Part shown: in pieces, positions 1 to 13,120 of the stretch | How the letters are laid out: every line of letters starts with the position of its first letter | How positions within the stretch are numbered: position 1 is the first letter of the stretch | Assembly (NCBI GenBank): GCA_951406725.2 | Contig: OX597819.1 | Location: 49,910,001-49,974,000 of the forward strand | DNA: 64,000 bases | Source of the DNA: Octopus vulgaris | Lineage: Eukaryota | Direction of reading: 5' to 3' | Notes under the pieces: generated by a model | Seen by the model: the letters and a program-made list of their open reading frames with translations, nothing else | The model's database searches: none | Told to the model about the DNA's origin: nothing | Program-made: the position numbers and the translations under genes

Positions 1-691
1 AGAGAGAGGAGAGAGAAAGAGAGATATATGCATGTCTCCAAGTAAAATAACAATGAAATGAACTAGGAAAAGATATTTAACCTCAAGAACATTAAACATT
101 CAAAGATATATAAAAAGAGGTTATCTGTATATCATTGGCCAAACACTTTTAGATGAACAAATATACGATTAAGAAATCAACAAATAGAGTCAAGAGAACA
201 ACTTATGTCTTATGAAAAGATATAACTCGAGAATGATATGAATTAAAAATAACAACCTTGATATAATAGCGAGAGCTGCCCAGAGAAATATTAAAACCAA
301 TTAGCCAATGAATCGATGGCAACGAAAGCAACTTTTGCAAACCGGTAAATGGAAACGATATCAACATACAAAAGAATGAAGCCGTTCAGATGTATCATAT
401 ATATAAGACGAGCTCGAAATAATAACCAGAAAGATCAGTGGTTTTTCATTTATTTTTTATTATTTGAGGGTCTGACTAATCTCAGAGGCGAGTTGCCGAA
501 GAATTAAGATATTATAAGCAATATGCTTTATGCCGTGTTTCGAAACACTCTCTCTCCTCCTCTTTCATTGACAATATGTAACATATGAAACACACATGTG
601 CACACAGACACACAATGTTTAACTTAACTTTCAGTAATGTGCAGCTGAGGCAACCAAGGTATGTATGTATGTATGTATGCATGTACGTACG

Positions 692-728
<37 letters not shown>

Positions 729-758
729 GCACACACACATATGCACGTGTATATATAT

Positions 759-794
<36 letters not shown>

Positions 795-812
795 GCACAC
801 ACACATATGCAC

Positions 813-879
<67 letters not shown>

Positions 880-1975
880 TATGCATATACACACATGCAC
901 GCGCCTACACACAAACACACACACACACATTTACATGTACTCACATATATTACGACGGAATTAAGCATGTATTTACGTTTTTTTTAACTCTTATGAAATA
1001 AATATATGTACTAGTACGCCTCTGTGTGTGTGTATGTGTGTGTGTGTGTGTGTGTGTATGCGCGCGTATGTTTGCACGTGTGTGTTTGTGTGGTGTATTT
1101 GTATGCTTACGGTTCGTATGTAGATCTTTGAATATATGCGATAAGATGTTTGGTAGTGTTTGTACGTGTATGATGGTGATGGTGGGGGTAATCGATAAAT
1201 AATTAGAACGACAAATATAGTTTTAAATGGTCTTCTAAGATATATGGATACACCGAATGACCAGTCAATTATTTGACAGACTCTGAGACACAGATAACGC
1301 GACGCGAGATAAGCAAATATTTTCCTAGTAAAGAAGCTAGTTCGGTAAGTATGTCAGAATAGAAGAGGTTGCGTTTCAGCTGGCGCCCTTAGTCACTTAC
1401 AAAGGGAGACCACTTAATCGATCTTTTGGCTACAATTGTTAAATAAACATGAAAACCTATATACATTTACTGACGCTACAGACAACGCATACACATTCGT
1501 ATGTATGTATGTATGTATGTATGTATGTATGTATGTATGTATGTATGTATGTATGTATGTATGTGTGTATGTGTGTGTGTATCATGTTTTAGCATTCCAT
1601 TAAAATCGTTTCTCTGTGTGTGTTATTTTTTCAAAATATTTTTAATCGATATATACATTGCAATCATAATGGTTTTACGTAATTGTAAATGTAGAGAGTA
1701 AGATCAAAGGTAGAACATATGTTTGCTAAAGTATACAAACGAAATTGATTTTATCTTTTCTTTGTGAGACAAACATTTGTTCATTTCCTTTTCTTTATTT
1801 TTTTTTCATTGCGATTTATCCAGAAAAAGTACTCGGCATTTTAAAACAGGTCACGGCTATAATAGAATAAAAATGTCGATTTTCACATTTACATCGAGGC
1901 CTAAGCCGCTAGGACTTTCCTACTAGTATTTGATGACATATAATTTCAGTGAAATATAAACCATACTAATATATA

Positions 1976-2137
1976 GGTGCAAGTATGACTGTGTGGTTAA
2001 GAAACTGGTTTTCCAAGCAAGTTGTTTTTGGTTCAGTCCCACAGCGTGGCACCTTGAGCATATGACTTATATTTTATTTTAGCCCCAATGCTTTGTGAGT
2101 GAATTTGGTAGACAGAAACTGTATGGAAACCCGTCGT
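1976..2137 (+). mobile_element. SINE family A, 5' half (tRNA-derived head plus CORE-like segment)
   Basis: Matches the recurrent consensus ...ggttcagtcccactgcgtggcaccttgggcaagtg...gtgagtggatttggtagacggaaactg and runs into (TA)n. Confidence 0.75.
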
Positions 2138-2140
2138 ATG

Positions 2141-2200
<60 letters not shown>

Positions 2201-3311
2201 AGTGTATGTATGTAACTATATGTATGTACGTTTATGCAAAGAAATGAGTGTTAACAAGAAATTTTAAAAAACTGTATTTGGTACAGAAGAACTAGTATAT
2301 TGAAACTGGTGCATCGCAATCCGATCTCAATGTCTCTAATCCTCAGGGAAACTTCATTTTATGTTTATGGAGACGGAAGGTTGTAGATTTTTTTCGTATC
2401 CAGGGATCATATGAACCGTGGTTGAGAACCACTGGTCAAATGGCTTTTGTTGAAAATGCCCGGCATGTTGCCATTTTTTCTCGATAGATCTTTTGCTACC
2501 TGATCATAGGAATACTTGATGATATCAGCTCTCAAATGGGTTCGATGTTATCTCTCAGTTCCCATGTACCCACACTTTGCTTAAAGGTCTGCATGTTCTA
2601 CCGTGTATAGTGCTGCTCTTCTCTTTCCTGCTTCCTGCGTACCTGCTAGCATCAACAATGACGCGGGACTGATGTTTCCCTCCTCCTCCTCCTCCTCCTC
2701 CTCCTCCTCCTCTTCCTTTTCCTCCCCTCTCTCTTTCTCTTTAATATTACACATTTGGGAAGAAGTTCTATCAGTGTTGCCTTATTTCTAAATTCATCGG
2801 GGTTTCATACTTCTAAATTCCCATCTTGGCTTCATTTCCTTTGTACTTCTATTACGGATTAATAAATGAGCATAGAACTGTCCCCGCCTCTAATTTAGCT
2901 GTTGCATGAGTAACACAATGCACAAACAACACAATAAAAGAGTAACATTATGAAGGAGCGACATATTAAAAGAGTAACATTTAAAAGTTTGACATAACGA
3001 TAGAATAACATTGAAATAAATGCACAACTTTTCGAAAATATGTAAAACGTCAGTGAAAATGTTGTAATAAAAACTTACTATTGAATGTGGCCCATAATAA
3101 GTACAAACATTTTGGATTAAACATAAGAAAATAGCTAAAATTAAATGAGAAAACAAATATTTAAAATTGCATTTTTGTGTTTGGTTGGCAAGATTCTTTA
3201 TGTGAATTCGTGTGTTGAAGCATATTTTATTGTGTCTGGGGAGAGTCATTCTCTCTTATTAATTTAACATGCTCACCGGTCAGACTTCCACTCTTTTCCT
3301 TGTTATTTTTT

Positions 3312-3350
3312 ACTAAAATTTTCATTGCGACTTGCAACCTTTTCAATAGT
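3312..3350 (-). ncRNA. Minimal type I hammerhead ribozyme motif, UUGAAAA core variant
   Basis: Minus strand reads ACTA TTGAAAA G GTTGC-AAGTC-GCAAT GAAA AT TT TAGT: stem I acta/tagt, stem II, palindromic AAATTT stem III. Confidence 0.5.
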
Positions 3351-4242
3351 CATTGATTCTATAACGAACAAATAAAAGGCATTTATAAGACGGGTTTAGA
3401 AACAATGACACTGTATTTGAAGGAAGACTCTGCAGTCACCAATGACATAGTCGAGTTTTGAATGAGAAATGAAACTTTCAATTATAAATGCAAATGAAGC
3501 CCCTATGGGCCTTGTAGAATTCAATGGCATTTGCAGGTTGTAATAGAATAGCTAATCAAATTAAAATTTAACTTCGGACTGACTATAAATTATGGCTTCA
3601 AATTTTGGAACAAGGATAGCATTTATAAAGGAGGAGTATAAGTCGATTCCATTGACCCCCAGGATTCAACTGTTACTTATTTTGTCATCCCGGAAAGAAG
3701 GACTGGCCCAGTCGACCACGGTGGAATTTGAACTCAAAGCCAGAAGCGGTGCAGAGCACTTTGTCAGTAATGTGTAAACATCATTCAGCCAGCTTATCGC
3801 CTTGAAGTGAGACTAGATAAAAATATTCACAAAAAAAACATAAATCAATGTAAAAAATATATTAATTAAAAACTAGGTTTCTTGTCTGTACGGGTTTTAA
3901 TCACTCTAATGAGCACTTTTAAGTTTTACCTGACCGTTGCACCCATTCTTTTGTCTCTGTATGTTATCAAGGGCCGCGATTTTGATAAGATCTTAATACA
4001 AATGATCAGCGTGAGTGGGCCTGCAAAGGTCATGGTCGCTGTACCCACCTCTTCCTCGATCTAACATTCATACTAGGGAAGTTAAACTGCGCCCAATTCC
4101 ACTAAAAAGGAGAGGGTGAAAAAAAAATGAAGTGAATTTATATATGATATAATATGCATATACGCATATTATATACATATATATATATATTATATACTAT
4201 ATATATACATATATATTTTTTACATATATATTTTTTTATATC

Positions 4243-4334
<92 letters not shown>

Positions 4335-4340
<6 letters not shown>

Positions 4341-5595
4341 GTTGGCAACTAAGTTCCCGCGTATTTTTTTTAAATTTTGGAATCTATTTTTTTTTCGAGA
4401 ATTCTATTTTTGAATCATTTTAGAATCTATTTTTCTTTTTCTAGTTAATTTTAGTTACTTTTTGTTTATTTTCAGATCATTAGAATGGAATGTCAAGTTA
4501 AGAAAAACAAGCATTTTCGACACCTCCTTTTTGCTTTTAATCAAAGTTCTAAGGCTGCAAAAGCTGCTCGCGACATTTGTGTTGTGTATGGAGAGGGTGA
4601 CATAGCTGAAAGAACCGCTCGTGATTGGTATGCCAAGTTCAAAAACGGAAATTTTGACCTCAAAGACGCACCTCGTTCTGGCCGTCCAGTTGAGTTCGAT
4701 GAAGAGCGATTAAACCACCTTTTGCACGATAATTCTCATCAAACGACGAGGGAACTGGCAGAGAAAATGGAATGTTCCTACACTGCTATAGAAAAGCATC
4801 TTCACTCGATGGGAAAGGATTAGAAGTATGGAACATGGGTTCCGCATGCTTTAAGTGACAACAACAAAAAGCAACGAACCACAATCTCCGCTGGATAGCT
4901 TGCTCGTCACATCTCAACTCATGGACACAAGCAATGATATCTTTACCGAACCGTTACTGGCGACGGAAAATGGTGCCTGTACATCAATATGAAGCAGTGT
5001 AAGGAATGGCTTAGCCCCGGTAAACAAGAGACACCGCGCGTGAAACAAGATCTTCATCCGCGTAAAACGATGTTGTGCGTATGGTGGGACTGGGAAGGTA
5101 TTATCCATTACGAATTGCTTGAACGGAACGAAACGGTCAATGCCGAGCTCTATGTTCAATAGATCGAACTATTCAACACAGTTACTCAAGAGAAAAGATC
5201 TAATCGTCAGCATGGAGTTCTTCTGCTGCACGACAACGCCCGCCCTCATATCGCCAATATGACCAAGGAAGTCATTCAAACATATGGCTGGGAAGTGCTG
5301 CCACACCCGCCGTACTCTCCTGATTTGGCACCAGCGGATTTCCATCTCTTTCGATCTCTTTCAAATGCTATGCGCGGATTTCATTCAGTACTGATGCAGA
5401 CCTGAGAGTTTGTTTGGATCAATTTTTCGAGTCGAAATCGGGTGATTTCTACCAACGAGGTATTGAAAATCTTGTTGAACGTTTGGAAGAAGTTGTAAAG
5501 AACAAGGGTGAATACATTATTGATTAATTAGTCGTTATTTAAACCTTTTAAAAATTTTAAATTTAAAAAAAGGTCGGGAACTTAGTTGCTTAATA
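4335..5595 (+). mobile_element. Mariner (DD34D) DNA transposon, full length but decayed
   Basis: Left TIR tattgggttggcaactaagttcccg at 4335 matches right TIR cgggaacttagttgc at 5575-5589 (outer part eroded). The element lies in a (TA)n tract and contains a transposase relic. Confidence 0.93.
4485..5527 (+). pseudogene. Mariner transposase pseudogene
   Basis: HTH N-terminus (MECQVKKNKHFRHLL...WYAKFKNGNFDLKDAPRSGRP), then WVPHAL, VTGDGKW, LHDNARPH, HPPYSPDLAPADFHLF, ending KGEYIID*. In-frame stops (e.g. TAG 4821-4823) and frameshifts are present. Confidence 0.93.
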
Positions 5596-5637
5596 TATGT
5601 ATGTATATGTATGTATGTATATATGTATGTATGTATG

Positions 5638-5686
<49 letters not shown>

Positions 5687-5818
5687 TTAATCCAAACATG
5701 AAAACACAAAGAGAAAACACAACAACGTGAGGACGTGGAACAAGTATAGTGTTATTGGACGCTCAGGAAAGAAGGAAAGAAGGAAAGAATAATATACATA
5801 TATATGTATATGTGTGTA

Positions 5819-5868
<50 letters not shown>

Positions 5869-6447
5869 GAGAAAGAGAGAGAGAGAGAGAAAGAGAGGGA
5901 AAGACAGAGAGTGGTACATATATGTTTACAATATCTCCTGATCGAAGTTGAATTTAACTTTATTTTCCTTCCAATGTTCGATATCCATGTTCGATATAAT
6001 CTTCCGAATCCATTTTCCTAAATATGTTAGAAACCAATAATAAACAGACAACCACACTTGTTGATTGTTTAATTATTTTGTTGTTAATATCAATACATTC
6101 CGTCATACATGTGGCACTTGTTTACTTATCTCCCTACATCTGTCGAATTTTTCAAATGATCTGGACCTATTACGTATGTATTCACGCGCGTGTGTACGTG
6201 CGTTTGTGTTCTTGTGTGTGCGTATATGTATGGGTAGGTGTGTCCTCTTTCTGTTTATACGCATGTGTCTTTCTGTATTTTCTTTTTGTCTTGATGTGTG
6301 TTCTTTGTGTGTTTGTGGGGTTGTTTTTATTGTTGCTATGCAAACCCGAGTCGGCCCCAACTGAACAGACGTGGGTCATGGAGGACAGTTGGCTGAAAAA
6401 CTAGATGTGACCCACTAATACGTTGTTCCATGTTTCCTCCGCTTCAC

Positions 6448-6941
6448 TGAAGTATATTTGCCACCTAAATGTAGCTGATCCATATGGGACGATCCTACTG
6501 TAGTTTATAGCCCAAGGAAGACATCTCCTCCAGCCGGCATCATCCCATATGGGTCAGCCACATTTAGGTGACAAATATACTTCACGATGTCGTACTGCTA
6601 CTGTTTACATCTCGCTCAGAGATTTATTATTGCTTGTTTCTCCTTTTTCGAGATCGGCGGCTTTTTGTCACTGGAAAAAGCTTATAGTATTTTGCGCCCG
6701 GAATCACTTCTCATCCTTAGCCGGTAATTATCACACGCTGATGACGGGTTACAACTCAGAAACCCGGGTCCGTGTGTATCACGTCAGGGTAGAGATGAGA
6801 ACATTGATTTCCCTTCGCAAATACTGATACGGCACAGTGTGTCGTTAGCCAGCGGGAGGAGATATTTTCCTGAGGTTATAAGCTACAGCAACATCGTCCC
6901 ATATGGGTCAGCCACATTTAGGTCACAAATATTCTTCACGA
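6448..6941 (+). mobile_element. HHR-bearing non-autonomous Penelope-like / retrozyme-like element
   Basis: A ~45-bp direct repeat (cccatatgggtcagccacatttagg...cttcacgat) occurs at ~6543 and ~6897, a period of 354 bp. An inverted copy of the terminal segment lies at 6448-6538, and an HHR is internal. Confidence 0.7.
6732..6776 (+). ncRNA. Type I hammerhead ribozyme
   Basis: CACACG CTGATGA C GGGT-TACA-ACTC A GAAA CCCGGG TC CGTGTG: perfect 6-bp stem I, palindromic stem III, GUC cleavage triplet. Confidence 0.8.
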
Positions 6942-6945
6942 TATA

Positions 6946-7598
6946 TACTCTTTTACTCTGTTACTTGTTTCAGTCATTTGACTGCGGCCATGCTGGAGCA
7001 CCGTCTTAAGTCGAGCAAATCGAACCCGGGACTTATTCTTTGTAAGCCCAGTACTTATTCTATCGCTCTCTTTTGTCGAACCGCTAAGTGACGGGGACGT
7101 AAACACACCAGCATCGATTTTCAAGCAATGCGGCGTGCTGGCAGAAACGTTAGCACGCCAGGCGAAATGCCTAGCCGCATTTCGTCTGCCGTTACGTTCT
7201 GCGTTCAAATTCCGCCGAGGTCGACTTTGCCTTTCATCCTTTCGGGGTCGATTAAATAAGTACCAGTTACGCACTGGGGTCGATATAATCGACTTAATCC
7301 GTTTGTCTGTCCTTCTTTGTCCCCTCTGTGTTTAGCCCCTTGTGGGTAGTAAAGAAATAGGTTGTCAAGCAATGCTAGGGGGACAACCACAGTCACACAA
7401 ACATACATACACATATACATATATATACATATATACGACAGGCTTCTTTCAGTTTCCGTCTACCAAATCCACTCACAAGGCATTGGTCGGCCCGAGGCTA
7501 TAGTAGAAGACACTTGCCCAAGATGCCACGCAGTGGGACTGAACCCGGAACCATGTGGTTGGTAAGCAAGCTACTTACCACACAGCCACTCCTGCGCC
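6946..7598 (-). mobile_element. SINE family A, full length, interrupted by a family B insertion
   Basis: Tail cttgtttcagtcatttgactgcggccatgctggagcacc at ~6964; head ...cacacagccactcctgcgcc at ~7598. Confidence 0.88.
7132..7360 (+). mobile_element. SINE family B nested in family A
   Basis: ggcg(t/a)gctggcagaaacgttagc...gttcaaattccgccgaggtcgactttgcctttcatcctttcggggtcga...aaagaaatag; flanked by duplicated tcaagcaatgc (7121-7131 / 7365-7375). Confidence 0.88.
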
Positions 7599-7612
7599 TA
7601 TATATATATATA

Positions 7613-7812
7613 TTCTTTTATTCTTTTGCTTCTTTCAGTCATTTAACTGCGGCCATGCTGGGGCATCGCCTCTAGTCGAACCTATCGACCCCAGGACTTA
7701 TTCTTTGTAAGCGTAGTACTCATTCTATCGGTCTTTTTTGCCGGTCTGCTTTGTTACGCGAACGTAAATATACCAGCATCAGTTGTCAAACGATGTTGTG
7801 GGGGTAAACACA

Positions 7813-7885
<73 letters not shown>

Positions 7886-8069
7886 GCACACGCACACACA
7901 CACACACACACACACTCACACACAGAGTTTCCGTATATCAAATCAGCTCACAAGGCTTTGTTCAGCCCGAGGCTATAGTAGAAGACACTTGCCCAAGGTG
8001 CCATGCAGTGGGACTGAACCGGGAACCCTGTAGTTGGTAAGCAAGCTACTTACCCCATAGCCACTCCTG
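7613..8069 (-). mobile_element. SINE family A with internal (CA)n
   Basis: Same head and tail as the other family A copies. Confidence 0.85.
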
Positions 8070-8099
8070 TGATTATATATATATATATATATATATCAA

Positions 8100-8406
8100 T
8101 TAGCACTCTATCGGTTACGACGATAAGAGTTTCAGTTGATCCGATCAATGCAATAACCTGATCGTGGAATTAATGTGTAAAATGACTGAGCACTCCAGAC
8201 ACGCACATCGTTAACGTTCTCAGGGAAACTAAGCGTGACGCAGAATGTAACAAGGATGGCTATCTGAATTACAGGTACAACTCATTTTGCTAGATAAAAA
8301 GAGTTGGGGTAACATGAAATAAAGTGTCTTAAGTACAAAACGCACTACCAAGAATCGAACTCACGACCTCACGATCATGAACCGAATACCTTTACCACTA
8401 AGCCAT
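8100..8406 (-). mobile_element. SINE family C-type (tRNA-like head), diverged
   Basis: Minus-strand head atggcttagtggtaaagg...gtcgtgagttcgattc (A/B boxes). Its tail resembles segments near 57465-57530 and 60230-60310. Confidence 0.65.
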
Positions 8407-8441
8407 ATTATATAATAAGCAAAAACGAATGGAGAGTTCAT

Positions 8442-8567
8442 GACAATGCTACACGCGTTTCAATAGCACGGTTTATGACTAATACGAACTCTGTTACATA
8501 ACATATTACAGAACATTACGTAAACTCGCATTGTTACATAACCACTTACTTTCATCAGGTGATAGTC
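8442..8567 (-). ncRNA. Degenerate HHR motif with long stem II
   Basis: Minus strand: gactatcac CTGATGA aagtaagtggttatg...cataaaccgtgctatt GAAA CGCGTG TA gcattgtc. Stem I is imperfect. Confidence 0.4.
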
Positions 8568-8814
8568 TGTCATTCTGGGGGTGAAAAGCGCCAAATTTTG
8601 TCATATATACCATTAGAGGGAAATGGTTCTGCTTACAAATTTACAGCTTACATCATGAATGAGTTTGCAGAGTCCTTTAGGGCTGCAATCAGAAATTCAC
8701 AAATTTTTTAAATGGCCCCACAAACATTGAGACTTTAAAGCAGGATTAGGAATCTTTAAAGCTCTGGCCCTATAAATGAAGCGAAGACATCTCGCATTTA
8801 TCGGACACGTACTT

Positions 8815-9057
8815 GATCACGTGACAGACCAGATTATCAGATGTTGTTGCGCATCGCTGGTCACAACGCGCTTTGCATCGTTTCAGCCTTCGAATGACGC
8901 TACCCTGCTGGCTAGGTGAGCAGGCTGAATTCTCTTCTGATTGAAAGGGAGGCTGGAGCAACGTGAAATGTAATGTTTTACTCAAGGACACAACACGCCG
9001 CCCGGTCTGGGAATTGAACCTGCGATGTAGCGGTCGTGAGTGCAACAGTCTAACCAC
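8815..9057 (-). mobile_element. SINE family C-type
   Basis: tRNA-like head and gcgtgttgtgtccttgagtaaaacatt on the minus strand; tail shared with 40250-40343. Confidence 0.7.
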
Positions 9058-9082
9058 ATCTTTTATTGTTAGACTTAGGATA

Positions 9083-9520
9083 AGGCGGTGAGCTGGCAGA
9101 ATCCTTAGCACGCTCAAGGGGGCGAGCTGGCAGAAACGTTAGCACGCCGGGCGAAATTTGTAGCCGTATTTCGTCTGCTGTTGCGTTCAGAGTTCAAATT
9201 CCGCCGAGGTCGACTTTGCCTTTCATCCTTTCGGGGTCGATTAAATAAGTACCAGTTGCGCACTGGGTCGATATAATCGACTTAATCCGTTTGTTTGTCC
9301 TCGTTTGTCCCCTCTGTGTGTAGCCACTTGTGCGCAGTAAAGAAATAAGAATCCTTAGCACGCTGGGCATTTCGTCCTTGTGTGGGTTCCGAGTTCAAAT
9401 TCTACTGAGATCGACTTTGCCACACGGGGTCGATAAAATAAAGTACTAGCTATGTACTAAGGTCGATGTAATCAACTAGCCTCTTTCCTTTCAATATTGC
9501 TGGCCTTGTGCCAAAATTTA
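9083..9520 (+). mobile_element. Family B SINE with a second family B copy (9115-9347) nested inside
   Basis: 17-bp duplication agaatccttagcacgct at 9098-9114 and 9348-9364. Confidence 0.85.
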
Positions 9521-9934
9521 AAAGGCTTATTAGAATAGGATAGATGCTGGTGATAATTATCGACATATTTTAATGACAACAAATAAACTGGGTAAAACTC
9601 ACTCAAAATGCTAATTACTACATCGATAATTGTTATAATTGTATTCATTTTCATTAATAATCGCGTGTAATTGATATGGTATTAATATCGAGTCAGATGA
9701 CAGCTGGCCTGTTGTAGTTAGGATGTGGGTGAAATTATATTGTTTTTGGAAATGGTGTCAGTGACATTGTTTCTGAGTGTGTGCATGTATGTATGTATGT
9801 ATGTATGTATGTATGTATGTATGTATGTATGTATGTATGTATGTATGTATGTATGTGTGTGTGTATGTATGTATGCATATAGATGTGTGCTTGTATTGTA
9901 TATGAATGTATATGTATTTTCTTTCTTTCTTTCA

Positions 9935-10331
9935 TTCTTTCACTTGTTTCAGTCATTTGACTGCAGCCATGCTGGAGCACCACCTTTAGTCGAGCAAATC
10001 GACCCCGGGACTTATTCTTTGTAAGCCCAGTACTTATTCTATCGGTCTCTTTTTGCCGAACCGCTAAGTGACGGGGACGTAAACACATCAGCATCGGTTG
10101 TCAAGCAATGCTAGGGAGACAAACACAGACACACAAACACACACGCATACATATATATATACATATATACGACAGGCTTCTTTCAGTTTCCGTCTACCAA
10201 ATCCACTCACAAGGCATTGGTCGGCCCGGGGCTATAGCAGAAGACATTTGCCCAAGATGCCAGCAGTGGGACTGAACCCGGAACCATGTGGTTGGTGAGC
10301 AAGCTACTTACCACACAGCCACACCTGCGCC
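9935..10331 (-). mobile_element. SINE family A, full length, low divergence
   Basis: Near-identical to the 6946-7598 copy. Confidence 0.9.
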
Positions 10332-10482
10332 TATATATAATCCTGTATATGTATATATATGCATACAAAATTGCATACATATGCGTGTGAATATATATAT
10401 ATGCGTGTGCGTGTATATGTGTGTGTGTGTATATATGCACGTACACATACGCACACACACACATACGTTTATATATACGTAT

Positions 10483-10645
10483 ACGACAGGCTTCTTTTAG
10501 CTTCTGTTTACCAAATCCACTCACAAAGCTTTGCTGGGCCCGTGGCTACAGTAGAAGGCATTTGCCGCAAATGCTACGCAGTAAGACTGAACCCGAAACC
10601 ATGTGATTGGAAAGCAAACTTCTTATCACACATCCACGGCAATGC
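10483..10645 (-). mobile_element. SINE family A, 5' half, diverged
   Basis: cgacaggcttctt...ccaaatccactcacaa...ctgaacccgaaaccatgtg. Confidence 0.7.
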
Positions 10646-10697
10646 CCCCCCCCACACACACACACATCTCTCTCTCTCTCTCTATCTGTCTGTCTGC

Positions 10698-10803
<106 letters not shown>

Positions 10804-11289
10804 GTCTGTCTGTCTGTCTGTCTGTCTATCAGTACATATATACATACATATGCCTATATATGTGTGCGCATGCGTGTTTGCATATGTGCGTTATTGTACT
10901 GATATGCAGCCAATTAGTGAACAACCAATATCTATTTGCATTTAAATAATGCGTTCATACGATCATAATCGTAAAACAAATGCTTCAGAAATTGATAAAA
11001 AAACAAAAAAAAAAAACAGACAACCAATCAACACTAAGAGAATAAAAAAACAAAAATTCCCACTTGTGGTTGGCTCTGATTGCTGTCCTCTGTGCCCTTG
11101 GCTTTCTGCCTCACCACTGTAAATCATGATAACCTTTAGAGTACATTAAGTACACTACTCAAGCCATTTCAGGTTGTTGCACTGGTTGCGCACACGTCAT
11201 ACCCAAGAGACCACCTACACTAGTGAAACAAAAGTATTTGCCGTCGTCCAACAAAACATAGTAAGTCGAATTGTTGATGCTTTTATTTT

Positions 11290-11680
11290 TTTTTACTCGT
11301 TTCGGTCATTTGACTGCGGCCATGCTGGAGCACCGCTTTGAAAAGTTTTTTTTAGCTGAAAAAAATCGACCTCAGAACTTTTTTTTTTTAAAAAAAGTCT
11401 AGTACTTATTCTATCGGTCTCTTTTGCCGAACTGCTTAGTTACAGGGACGTAAACACACCGACACCAGTTGTGAAGCGGTATGGCGGGGGAGGGATACAG
11501 ACACAACGACACACACACACAAAGATATACATATAAACATACACACACATGTGTATATATACGGTGGGTTTCTTTTCAATCTCCGTCTACCAAATCAGCT
11601 CACAAGGCCTTGGTCGGCCCGAGGCTATAGGAGACCACTTGCACTGAACCCGGAACCATGCGGTTTGGAAACAAGCTACT
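11290..11680 (-). mobile_element. SINE family A
   Basis: Family A tail and head with an internal deletion. Confidence 0.8.
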
Positions 11681-12684
11681 TTATTAAAAAGATTTTGCCA
11701 TAAAGGCATTATACAGAGTAGCTTGCGGGTTGGACAAAGACATTGATGAGTTGAATGATGATAAGGATGATATTAATGGGAGAAGACAAAAAACGCCCGC
11801 CGATCCTTTGCTTCTTTAAAACATTATTCTCTTCTTTTTTTTTTCACAGAAAAAGACAAAACGAGGTATTGAACCTCGTACTTCAGTTTCACAATTTTTG
11901 GACTAATAGTCCATTTAAGAATTGGAGCATTAAGCCTCTTAAACACAATAACATGCAATAAGCATAATAAACATTACAACACTGAGGCTTTACAACCTCT
12001 TGTCACTATTCCTGCCTGACATCTCTTGTGCCCGTATACTCCGCCATTACCCACGCCTCATTCAAGACCAAGGCGGTATCCGAGCTGGCGTCGCCCGGCC
12101 ACAAGCGATTATTCCTCATTGAGTCCCTGTAGCCTACACCCCACCGACACCGTTATGACCTCCACAGCTATCTGCGGAGGCCATTCGGGATCCTGTGTGA
12201 AGGTTGAAGGTACTCCATTATGGTGCTTTAACATCACCGCTTCTACCTCTCTGCCTCTTCGAGGTAGTCAGTTCTACCGTTGGCGACAAAATTTCCCCCA
12301 ACGGTGTCTCTTCCCCAGCCGGTGGCACACCCCCCTACTGGCAAGGTTCCGGGACATACCGGTGCTATGTCACCGACTGCCGGCAATGTCCCGTTTCTCT
12401 TCCACTTCCTCTTTTTCCCCCTCTCAACTGAGGGAGGGTGCGTCCCCTCCGTGACTGGGAGCTTCACCTCCCCTCATACCACACGCCTGTGCCTATGATA
12501 TTTGAATTCCTTGGACCATGCTTCGTACAAACTAGAGATATGATCTTGGAAAATTTTAAACTTTTCATTACAAACTCGGACATATATAGTATGTCGAAAA
12601 AAAAAATTAAGGATAATTTTTTTCAGTATTTTTGTAATTATTTCAGTTTCTTGTTGTTTGACTGGTAGTATTTCGTCAGATGTG

Positions 12685-12843
12685 AATGCGCGTGGCTTAG
12701 TGGTTTGGGCATTCGGTTCACGATCATAAGATTGTGCGTTCGACACTTGGCGGCGCGTTGTGTACTTCAGCAAGACACTTGCATGTCTGAGTTCGATTCC
12801 CGGCGGCACGATGTGCTATTGAGCATAAACTTTATTTCACGTC

Positions 12844-12923
<80 letters not shown>

Positions 12924-13120
12924 TTGTGCCTCTGTGTTTGTCCCCCCACCATCGTTTGACAACCGATGTTGACATGTTTATGTCCTCGTAATGTAGGGTT
13001 TCGGCAAAAAAGACCGATAGAATAAGTACTAGGTTTACAAAGAATAAGTCCTGGGGTTGATTTGTTCGACTAAAGGCGGTGTTCCAGCATGGCCGCAATC
13101 AAATGACTGAAATAAAAGAA
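12685..13120 (+). mobile_element. Family C head (12685-12810) followed by family A 3' half
   Basis: gcgcgtggcttagtggtt...gcgttgtgtacttcagcaagacactt, then microsatellite and the family A tail. Confidence 0.7.

Noticed and set aside
40-470. Very old LINE-like relic (also ~2440-2890)
   Set aside because: Only vague RTE-like wording; too degraded to call.
520-575. Possible HHR on the minus strand (ttcGAAAcacgg)
   Set aside because: No recognisable core or stem I.
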